64,000 bases of DNA from Phoronis australis (Eukaryota > Animalia > Phoronida): contig NMRA01000523.1 of NCBI GenBank assembly GCA_002633005.1, forward strand, positions 125,790 through 189,789, in the 5' to 3' direction. A program made the translations under genes and the position numbers. Of this stretch, positions 50,226 through 61,421 are shown piece after piece. Within the stretch, counting starts at the first letter, position 1, and each line of letters opens with the position of its first letter. The notes beneath the pieces were generated by a model. The model was not told the DNA's origin and searched no databases. It was given only the letters and a program-made list of their open reading frames with translations.

Positions 50226-50327
50226 GAGATTTCGTCGGATGAGCACTTACCTAAGCCTGGATTGCGAGTTGCCACGTTGACGTTTAATATTGTGCGTTCT
50301 GTTCCAAACTGAATTACTCTCACCCTA

Positions 50328-50660
50328 CCCAGTAAACATGCAGGTACTGGGCCAATACTGGCCCTGAACTGTTTTCTGCATTGGTCCAATGATGTAGGCC
50401 AGTACTGGCCCAATAACATTCTGCACACCTTCTCGGTATTGGGCCGGTATAAGATTGCGATATCGGGCCAGTAAAGGGACAGTACGTGGCCATTACTGGT
50501 CCAATACACCAAAAACCAGTTTTAGCCCTATAAAGGGCCAGTATTGACAAATTGGGTTGGCCCTGTGCAGGGTCATTGATGGGCTCACATTAAGCCTGTG
50601 TATACTAATTACTTGGCGAAAAAGCAGTGGTAGGCCAGTACAGTGCCAATGTTGAACCAC
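50328..50660 (+). mobile_element. Left end of a CCCAG-terminated element with repeated (c)cagtactggccc subterminal motifs (CMC/EnSpm-like, tentative)
   Basis: cccagtaaacatg, then many ggccagta/tactggcc motifs. It inserts just upstream of the KolX relic; the partner terminus was not found. Confidence 0.5.
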
Positions 50661-52444
50661 TTATTTTGTCTTTACAACCCAATGCAGAAATATTAATGTT
50701 TGTGGGTATAAAGAAACAGCAGGTTTGTTTTTTTAATACTTCGGGTTTTTAACTCCTATAACGTTCGCTTTGTTGGTGATTTCAATCCTACTGCATGTGA
50801 AGTTGTGACTCACAAGAAGAAAAGGTTATTTTTCTTTAATACTTTTATTACTATGAAACTGCTAAGGTAGAATACTTACAAAAATGATGAATTACAGAAG
50901 TAAAAACTAGGCAACTAATTTTTTTTTACAAAACTGTCTCGGGCTTGTTAGTGGACTTGCAGCTTCACACAGTCTTCGCCCTCCCTTCCTGTCTCCGGAA
51001 CATGGTGCCTCTTTTACTATAAAGCTTGCATTAGCAACTGTGCTCCTTGATCACAATCCCTGAAATAAAACAAACCCTGCTTAGTATCTTAGAGTACAAA
51101 CTAAAAGACTCAACTATACATTCTCCAGATAAGTTATGCATAATAAGAATTACCTAAAAACACTGTATACCATTCCAACACGAAACTTGTTTGAAATGTA
51201 TAATCTGCAAGATATAAATGTTTCATCCTTTCCTAACACAAGTATTACAGCTGGTTGTAGGACTTCAGTTTCTTGTAATAAATATTTTCAGAAGTGACTT
51301 TTTATTCATTTCATTTCTTCCCAAAATGTCTATTTTGTTACCATTTTAAAATTCCTAAAAATGCTTCACAATCTGTCACAAAAGTCTCGTGAGCATCAAT
51401 TGATGGCTTCGCTCTGTTTTTTTTACACACAACTGACACTGATGTGACCTTTTCAACTTCGTCCCCAAGTCTCAAGATGGCACTGATCGGTTTAGTCATT
51501 TGAGGCTTGGTTATTGGAATTAGTTTATGGCAGTGATTGACCGAAGCCTTGACACCATTGAACAAAGGCAGATTGTATTTATGTTCACATTGCAGCCATT
51601 CATGCGACAGATTGCATTGTTTTAGTTAATGTCTGAAATAAAGGTTGTACTTATTTCCAATTCTTATTTATGAATAGTCTGTTTTCAAATAAAAACATCA
51701 TTTTTCAATAATTTAGACCTAAATTGCTGCAGTATACGGTTGGTTTTTATTTTATATAAAACTGCAGAAAATTTTAAAATTACATGTGATATTCCGGCAA
51801 TTTCAGTAAAAATTCTGAAAAATTTCATTTCCCATTACCAAGCCTCAAATGGCTTAACTGATCATAACCATCTTGAGGCTTGGAGACGAGGCTGAGTGCT
51901 GCTTATATGCCGAGCGTGTACAACGTTGTCAAAGAAGTAAACAAAGAAACAAAAAGGGAACTTTTTTACGTTTCATAAGATCACCAATAGCCCGCATTGT
52001 TTTGAGTTTTGATATTTGGGCGTATGGAGTTTCGTTGTGAAACAACTAAAGTGAGATAGAACATGTAAAATGTGCGAATAATAAGTAGATGGAAGTTCCT
52101 ATCTTTAAAGCCCCACATCACAGTTTCGGAGGTCGAATTCAACCTTAAGTAAAGCAACTTTGCAAGGGAGAAACGGGTTGCAGAAGCAAATTTTCAACTC
52201 CACTTGATCCCTAGAAGAGCTACGTAAACTCTGTGTACTCAACTTATTTTATGGAGAAAGCCCTAAACAGAGTTACGAAAATAAACGTAAAATCAATCAA
52301 AGAGGATTGGACCCCCCAGACACTCCGAATTTATCTTTCGATCACCACTGACGTCACTCAGTAGGCAACTTTATAAACTATAAAGGTGGGACTATAAAAA
52401 CAGGTTTGCTCAATTTTCTCAAATGTGCAAAATCAGCACTAAAC

Positions 52445-52559
52445 CAGTGGCGGATTTAGAGGGGGGCCATGGGCGCCATGGCTCCCCTAAAATTATCCAA
52501 GATTCCATTGAGCAGTTCGGGAGAGCCAATGTTTGACAGGCAAATTCCTGGCTAATACT
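52445..52559. mobile_element. hAT-like MITE fragment, truncated at an N
   Basis: cagtggcggatttagaggggggccatgg...cctggctaatact is the reverse complement of the 40026 family. Confidence 0.7.
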
Positions 52560-55500
52560 NGTTAAACCTGGGTCTGACCAAGCCTAAAGTTAAAGCTGGT
52601 TTAAAATCTTAATACAGGGCTAAAGAATATAGACCTCATTGGTGAAATGAAAACTTAGACAAGGTCTAAAAAGGAGATAAAATAGGTTTTACTAGCCCAC
52701 TGGTCTAAAAGTTAAACCACATTTATGAAACGCAGATTATCTTTAAGCCTGGTCTAAATCCAGTTTAAACCAGGTTTAACTTTAAACCACCTTCATAAAA
52801 TGGGCTACACTAGCGTTTGCGGCATGTAAACCGGAATAGATAGAATGTGTAATTAAGACCTCGTTTTCATTCTGCGACACTTTATTAAATCGAAATCACT
52901 TGTGCCCTGACATACAAAAAGCAACTACTACTGTTTCTGCATCACATATATTACTGGTCATCCTGTCGCTTGCTTGAAGCAATATGCTTCTTCGAATGGG
53001 CAATGTGTCAAAGTCAGTAGGTCAGCCGACCAAGATTGGACGGGTGACCTACTGGGTCAACGACATCAACATGTTTACTACACTTAGAAAAGATCAGTAC
53101 TGAAATCACGTGGATGCTCAGGCTGGATGGGCCATAGAAGTTACTCGACAGAAAACAAAGCAAGTTGACAGAAACATATCTGAAATCTTTTGCTGTGTTA
53201 ACATAAAAGTAAATCCAAAGTAAACGGGTATTCAATAAAAGACAACTTAGTAAAACTAAGAGATAACAAGACCAATTTGAAAACCACGTCATTCCTGGCA
53301 CCAACACAGGGTCTGAGTGATTCTTGAGCGATGACAGGCAGACCAGTGGACCAAAACAAACCCAAACAAATGAACAATTCTGACAACATTACAATATTGT
53401 GGTAATGCACAAGTTTGATGAAAATGCAGAAGAATCTGACGCACATGTATGTATCGCTTTATGTCCGAAAAACCGAGGAACTTATCTTTGGCTTGAATAG
53501 TCTGAGTTGTTCACATTTCATATAGAGTGGAGTGTTCTTCATTTTCTTCAACAACAAGATTTTAAATGTCGCCTGTAATTTTTTTGTTCTCATTATTCAT
53601 AAGTTGATTAAGTGTTTAGCAGTTGGAATTTTGACCTTTCCTGCCTTAGTACATTCAGTGAATTTTATTAGTAAAATGAACTTTTTCCCATAGCCAAATT
53701 GTTTTCATTTGTAGAAAGCTCTTCAGAAACTTCAGAGTTCAGCTTTTTTCAGAAAAATGTAGCTTTTCAGATTTTAGGCGTGTTCCCTGCAACAGAATCT
53801 AAAATAAAAGAGTAGGAAACAACCATATAACCACCTGGGACTGCCACTTTTAAGGCCGGGGGGATACTTTGATTTGCTGTTATAAGAATCAAGCAAAGGT
53901 GCGATTTTATAGCTGATCAAGACTTAGTGAGAGGGGATATAATTTTTTGGGACTTTGTCACCATATCCTGTCATCATAGCGTGGACCTCATTTTGCGTTA
54001 CTTGTTTGCCATCATCTCATCCTCTTCGAATTCTCTGTGTGTGATAAGATCTCCTTGAGAAAGAGTTCACATACCGGTAGACAAACTGTTGTTTACAGCT
54101 ATATTTACTTTTCGTTGTCTTCAATCCATTAACTACAGAAAAAAACAAATACCCTGGATAATTTAGACCAGGTACTAACGAAACACAAATGAATTACCAA
54201 TCAGTTAATGTTTTCTTAATTGAAGAGCATATAGGTACCCTGAGTACATACATAGCTATTTTCTCTTCTCTTAATGACGGAGCTTTACGTGCTGGAGGGG
54301 TGTTTTGGTGCTTACTTGGGACTGGAGTCCCCTATCTATTTTTTCTGCTTTATCACCACTGTCACAAATGAATCAGTATAAGTTCCTATCTGAAGTGGTT
54401 GTAGGTCACAATTAAGTGCGGCCATATGACTCAATTGTGTGCTTGACCTTTTCACCTCAGTGTTGTTAACCAAGCATATGTGCAACGGTTGACTGAACAT
54501 GTATCGCCAAAACATACATGTAGTCTGGGATCGAACACAATGATGACAATTGCAATGCAACGCCCTGAATTGTCAAATGGATTTAGAAGTTGCACTTTAC
54601 CATGACAAAAGAATAGTTTATAAAATTGAGACATCAGCGTATTTCTGGTTAGCTTCAGTCTCATTTTGGAATGCATATAAAGTGTACAGTGAGCTTGTTC
54701 AGAGTGTTTCTTTTAATACTTGTACGAAAATGGAGAATTAGTTTACTTTGATTAAATTCATTGTGGTGACCATTTTTAGTTTACACATTCAAATACAAAT
54801 CTAAAAATAATGAATAAACACAATTGTTTATTTAGGTTAATATAATATATGATTCTCTTGACAACAGTTGCCAACTTATATTACATTAAAGACTAACATT
54901 TTTGTGTCTTGTTCTACTCACAGGTGTTCGTTTAAATGGATGACAGCAGTGACGTCTGCTTAACTAACTTACACTGGAACATATAATTGCGCAACTGAAA
55001 CAGTTCTCAATAAATTATGATATAGCTGCAAAACTATTATATCCACTAATACGAAAGTAGACGTTCTCGAAAGTGCATGAATGAAACTGAAAAGCTTGTA
55101 ATAAAACATCAAAGCCTGTAATGAAAATTACTGCAAGTTTTGTATTCATACACCACCTTCATGTACATCAGCTTGTTACTTTGTAAAATCATATTGGATG
55201 TAAAAAAATCGATGTAATCTCATACACTGTTTTTGTATTGTTTTGTATATTTTAACGAAAAGTCTCAAAGTATTTTTAAAAAATTCATTTACAGCGTGTA
55301 CGTGTACAGAATACTAGGTTGGGTGCTAAGTACCAATGTTTACTATAAAGTAGTAGTGATAACAGGGGGTCGGTAACTTGACACTTTCTAAGTTTTATAA
55401 CAGCAGTCCGAGAGCTGTACTGCTGTAGCTACAGACCAGGCGAGTTTTTCTCATGGATTCACTGAGACTAAAAATGGATCTTGGCCCCGAGCGCACTAAC

Positions 55501-55893
55501 GGGTACCTAGGAGGTGCTTGAAGTAACTATAGCTGGATCGAAGGTCAAGGTTCTTTATTTATTCTGATCCAGTTTCGGAAAAACTTATATATTATGGCCA
55601 TTCTTTGAAGTATTTTTTGGAAAGGTGAGGTGTCACTGAGGTCCCGAGGTGCCTGTTATGAGTGCCTTTGTGGCCGTTTCAGAATCTCTTTATGAAACAC
55701 AGCCGGTAGTCCAGTTTCTGGTTGCTGGGGAAAATGATACAGAATGTGTCCAAAATGTACACACTTCAACGTCTGGAGTTCAAATTCAGTTCCCGTGGGT
55801 AACTGAGAGTCTACGCAGGCCTTCTAGTGCATGGTTAGGATTTACACCTTATTTTTATCGTGGATGTGCCTCAGTGAAATGACGTGCTCCGTG

Positions 55894-56122
55894 CATGCGC
55901 GCACCTGGAGGTAGTCGTGAGGCTAAATGCCAAAGTGAGCAAAAAGGCATGCCTCAGAGAAACAAAAAGTTTGAGAAAAACGAGATAATCACTAAAAAGG
56001 CGGGACTCCGCGTATGCACAATTCATAGCCCTTAACGAACCCCGTGTTCACTTCTTTCTTTAGTAAAAGGTCCACATTCTCAAAAATTCGAGCCTCCTTA
56101 TATTTTAGGCTGGGTGCGCTGG
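55894..56122. mobile_element. MITE of the CATGCGCGC family
   Basis: catgcgcgcacctggagg...tattttaggctgggtgcgc is the reverse complement of the ends of 17316-17570. Confidence 0.7.
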
Positions 56123-56334
56123 TATACACGGGAAATACTAGCAAATGATTCAGCTTTGAAATACAAAAATTCATTGCGCAATACTACTGGAAACAAAAAC
56201 ATTAAGGAAGTTCCAAGACAACCTTGATGACCAATAAGTTTGATTATATTTATTTCAGTACTTAAACTTCGTTTTTGATCTACGCTTTGTAAACTTAAAC
56301 CCAGTAATCTAGCTCCTAAGCCTATAAACAATTT

Positions 56335-56980
56335 TTTTTGTCATTTGAATTGATAGAACATTTTAGGACACATTGCTGAGGTGTCCGAAATTCACCAATT
56401 TCCTTGAGACTTATTTCAGATAGACGAAAATCATTTAGCGTACTTTATATTGATAGATCGAATTTTCCCCATGTCGGCCTGCAATTAAGTTCATTCAAGT
56501 ATTGTCATTTCTAACAAGATTAGCTTCTAAATGTCATAAAACATCTCTCAATCAGTTCACTTTCGTAGATACATAAACATGTAAATCAGAAAGCAACAAT
56601 CAAATCCATGAGCAATGCGTTAACATGTACATGTACCTTGATTTAATGACTTAATTCCTTTTTGATCTCCTGTTAGTGACTTTAAACAACGAATCTTGTA
56701 TCGAAGTCAAAAAGCAATGCATTTATTGTCATTTGAATTGTGGGTAATTTTTTTGGGAAGCGTCTTAATGTCATCAATGTTTTGAGAGTTATTTTAGACA
56801 AGCAAAAAGCGTCCAAGTGCACCTCACAATTTGGGGATCGGATCATATTTTTTCCATATTCAGGATTAAACTAAATTCCCTGAATCTTCATCGTTTCTTA
56901 AAAAGTTAACTTATAACTGCAAAAAATCACCTAATAACCTGTCGGTTTTCGTAGATACATAAACATGTAAATCAGAGACC
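56335..56980. repeat. Old tandem duplication, period ~388 bp
   Basis: ttgtcatttgaattg at ~56338 and ~56726; tttcgtagatacataaacatgtaaatcaga at ~56561 and ~56948. Confidence 0.7.
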
Positions 56981-58655
56981 AACGAGTTTTGTTGATCAGA
57001 ATGCAATATTATAAGCAATCTCCGCAGGCATGCACGCAGATTTTTGACGGGTAACCGGGGGGAATGGGAAATTGGGCATTCATAGTAAGGTGCTCTTTCC
57101 GAGGTACCTATAACGGTTTACGACTTTAACTTTACCTCAAAAAACGCTGAAATATTTGTTTAATTTGTTATTATTAGGAGTATTTGGGTACACTCGTACG
57201 ACATGTACACGGTCACCCCAACGGTAGCCTAGACAGCAGTGTTTTCCAATAGTGGGAATTCCTTACAAACAACTCATAGTAACCATCTTCAAAAGAGATA
57301 CTGTTCTCGTGATAATATGGAAACCAGTAACATTCTTTTATAACTAACCAACTGAAATAGTCGTTTTGTGTAATAAACACACAGAGGTCTTCACGTTCTT
57401 TAAAATTTCTGACTCCCTTTCGATGACGGTCAATCCTTTTGTATTTTTTCACGTTTTTTGGTTGTTTGGATAGGATGTCTTGATACTGCTGTGCTGTGCA
57501 CGAACGCTTTTTGGTTTTTGATGAATTTCGAGTCCCAGCTTACCTCGTGAATACTTTGAAGTGTCGGATTTACATGCATAGACAAACGGGACATTTCTTC
57601 GAACTGCTCCACCGAGAGAGGGTCACCTTAATTATGAAAAGCTGAACATCACTAAACTTGGAAAAGATTGACAGTTCATTCCACCGCCGTATGGTCAGAC
57701 GACGGCGCATAAAGTGACCTTCTTCAACATGAAAGTTGGTTGCACGATTTCACCAAAACAGGAAAATAGACGTAATCCAGTCCATCATTATGGGACCTCT
57801 CTCCGTGGGGATATCCATAAGAATTCGTAAATAGAAACATTAAAACTGTGGTCACTTGAATGTCATCAATGGAATCCTTCAGACGTGGGGCCCCTCTATG
57901 TGAAAATATCTATAATTTCAAAAATTAAGAAATGTGCAGCAATTGAAGATTTACATGTATCTGTCAGGTCTTCAATTTTTTCAAGTGATATCGTATTCGA
58001 GAAAAGCGACAGTTGTCTCCGTTATCTTTTGCCAGAGAAGGGCCTCTGTAAAAATATGGTTTTGAAGTCGCAAAATTGACTTACTGAATTTAAAAATAAA
58101 GTAAATTAATACACTCCGCAAAAGCTTCACTTTACAAATTTTGTCGATTTTTCGAAATATAAGCATGAATCCTTTAGACGACCTGTGCTGCGAAAGCGGT
58201 GACCCCACCAACAATGTCCTGGCCAGGATCTTTTAAAGGTAAACCATGTACTGATAAAGAGTTGTAACAATGTTCTCTTTAATTTGCTCTCTTATCTGCA
58301 TTTAGCAGTCTTTATTTTCTCGACTGTCCCCGCCCCACGCGTATGTCGGTTGCCACGCTTTAACCCTGACGCCTGAACAATTTTGGGGGCCCGTTCCCCC
58401 CACGACCACCCCGCTTCCTACGGCCTACATTTGTCGATGAAATTTTTACGCATACAATTTTCAAAAAGACTTCGTTACCAAAACCATTGTTAAAAATAAG
58501 AAAACGTCACTGACAACTCATTTTGCCATGAACAACAACATGAACTGATGAAAGATGAAAGACGTGACCGCATACTCCACATTGAGAATCACGTGACGTT
58601 AGAGTAATATTCAACTCCGCAGCTCTCGGAATCACGACCCAGTTTAGTCGATATA

Positions 58656-58839
58656 ATGACCTCGAAAGGTAAACTCGTACGACCCTCTGAGGGAAACGGT
58701 GACACCCGCTATGCTCGGGGCGGAATCAACATGCACGCATTTCGCGACACCGTAGAAGAATGTGATAAACTTTTTGACGACATTAAAGTTTTTATACCAC
58801 GTGCAGATGACGTGTGGCTATGTGCCTTCGGAAAGTCAG
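58656..58839 (+). CDS. Probable first coding exon of a cytosolic sulfotransferase (SULT family); later exons not identified
   Basis: ...DIKVFIPRADDVWLCAFGKSG resembles the SULT motif FxxRxDDxxxxxYPKSG. It is followed at once by a phase-1 donor CAG|GTAAGA, the position where SULT genes typically have an intron. Confidence 0.6.
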
Positions 58840-59236
58840 GTAAGAATGAGTGGAATGAACTCATTTGCTCCCTAAAGTCAAGTCTTATCAGCTGCTGTAC
58901 TGGCCAGTTCAAGTCCATGCATTTTGCAGTGTTTTTAGGGGTGCGCATTTCATCAGAGTGACATCATGTGCGGCGCAGAACTGAAAAAAGTGGGAGGCCA
59001 AAGCGCCCTCAGCCCTCCGTGGTTCAACGCCTATAGACCATGTGCGGCGTAGCACTCGAAAAAGTGGGGCTATAGCCCCTCCCCAGCCTCCTATGTTGCG
59101 CCGCCCATGGACATTGGTGTAATATTGAATCGGAACACACAATATTAATAATATAACTGCGCTTCGCTCCAGTTTAGCCGGCAATGTTGAATTGCTACGG
59201 TTTCACGTTTTTCCCCGTGTGTAGGTGGGCGCAGGT

Positions 59237-59819
59237 TGTTACAGACCGGTGCTAATAGCTTTCGGCGCGACGATAGACTGAAGACAGGTTCCAGCCAGTG
59301 GTGCGAAGCCTTGACTTGTGATGAACTTATGAGACACTTTCAGCAACTGTTACACTCGTTGATTCAATAACCTGCTGTCTCTATAGCTGGCTCTCTATTG
59401 ACTATCGCTGTAACTGCTGATTCTCTTCACTGCAACTCAACTGCACATGTAGTTCTCCCGATTAACTTTCTTGAACTTACTTGATCTGACTTGATCTCCC
59501 GACTTGATCTCATCTAACACAAACCCGTGCTTGTGTACAGTATTTATAGCCTAATGAAGTGTTCTGGAACTTTACATCAATTCAAGCACATTCTAGAACT
59601 TTCTGAATCTACCCAACCATTCTACAAACATGTACTAGTCTCTAGAATATTCCAGACTGCATTAACCACTGTCATGCTAGAGTCTTCTAGAAAGTTCCAC
59701 ACTATTTTGTAGTAAACAAATTACATCATCACTGTACTTAATTCAGGGGTCATGCCAATCAAACAGAATAACAAAACAAAACGATACAACTAAAAATACA
59801 GTCAGACTATATTCTGACA
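59237..59819 (-). mobile_element. Solo-LTR-like sequence with TATA box and heat-shock-element cluster
   Basis: TG...CA ends with a short inverted repeat (tgttacaga / tctgaca). Minus-strand TATAAATA at 59548-59541. TTCnnGAAnnTTC at 59591-59603 and 59685-59697. No TSD detected. Confidence 0.55.
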
Positions 59820-61421
59820 TACGGGAAGCGATTTGTTTAAAAAACACTACCCTCAGACCTTGAATTCAATGTCGAATGAGTCGGAGACAACGAGTGTACA
59901 CGCTATGTTGAGATACGCAATTTCTGGGTTGGTCAACTTCAATAAAATCCGAAGAGTTTCCTTAAGACGGTGATGATTTTGACGTTTTTATTTTGAAACA
60001 GATAGTAGAACACTGTCACAATACATACACAAAAAGTACCGAGAGTGGCGTAGTTGAAGTAATATCCCACGAGACATTATTTCGCGTATCGACCGAATAA
60101 CACGTTTTCAGAGGAAAAGGTCTAAATGGATTTTTAGCCAATTAAAATTGCATACAAGTAAATGCAGCTTTAAAACTGACACCTGCGGCAAAGATTCGAG
60201 TCCCAGTCTCTACGAAGTCGGAGTAGCATTAGAAAATTACATCCACACAAAATGTTACGGATTTCCAAATACAGGAAATAAAATCATGTGAAACATGCAT
60301 ATAAATACATAGAATTATAATTAACTCATACTATAACGTCTGGAGACGATTCAGTCAAGATAATTTGAACAAATCGGTCAAAATTTGTAGAGGTTTGCTC
60401 GAATTTCTCTTACCGGGTGCTATTTTGAGAAAGTTAGTGAAGTCACGCATGTTTACGAATAAAAATTCCAAGGGACACAAATCTTACAAATTTCACGTGA
60501 TACCTTCCCATACTACTTTGCAAATGTCACGCGCCAGCGTCACGCGCTTCGCTCAGTCTCGCGCTAGCCTTTGCCTAAGTCACGTGACTCAGTTGAAATA
60601 CTTTGTGGTTATTGCGCGCGTCGTGAAAATGTAAACAGTGACCAAAAAGTGGATTTGGAATTCTTCGCCAAAGTCACCTTAATTCTCGTAACTAAACTCC
60701 ATCGAAGATATGTGTAGCAGAAAAAAGGACCACTGAAGAAAGTAAGCGCTTTTTAAGTGATAGTTTAAACTGTGGAATGTATTTTTGACGAGGTGATAAC
60801 TCCTAATCGGTGGCCGCATTTGGCCTAACGCCCGCTTAAAATACACGGGACGAAATTCGTACAGAAAGCGATGGGAAGTGTTGTAGCCCCTAACCGGCCA
60901 ACCGAGGGCCTACATGTACGCTTTGCCTAGAGTAACAATAGACTTTGACCCAATCAATTATCAACTCGCGGTCCTTAGATAAATGAATTTCATCCACCAC
61001 GGGACACTTTTTAACTAATACTGCAAGCTACAGTAGCGATATTAAAAACTTCCTCGCAGACAAGGTGGTCTAAATTAAATTACCCTTTTTTCATGTTTAA
61101 GAAGCGCCGGGGATCGATGGATGACATGGAGACCATGCAGTACTCAGGTGCAAAGAGCACGTAAGACGCCTGTTGTGCGACTCCTCAGATCCTTCCAAGC
61201 CAACAGTGGACCTAATCAATTTGTGCAACCGGCCTCACCTTGCTCTCTGTTCCGAATAATTTCGCCACTCCTCACAAATTTCCTTTTTACCCACCCTGAT
61301 AGAAATGGGGCCCGGAACGTGACAGCCTTTAAGATCCAAAACCATTTGTTCATAATTTGGTTTATCTTTTGGTTATACGACACTGGTGACACATCATCCT
61401 GCTTTCGACACTTAATCTAAT

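Larger units (their letters stand above)
49064..50290 (+). mobile_element. Internally deleted Kolobok transposon with THAP relic (+) and convergent KolX relic (-); right terminus not found
   Basis: TTAA (49060-49063) followed by AGGAG terminus; convergent two-gene layout as established for Kolobok. Confidence 0.75.

Noticed and set aside
57213-57800. Protein-like minus-strand ORFs (57213-57452, 57430-57612)
   Set aside because: No recognisable motif, broken by stops and frameshifts, and no consistent splice model.
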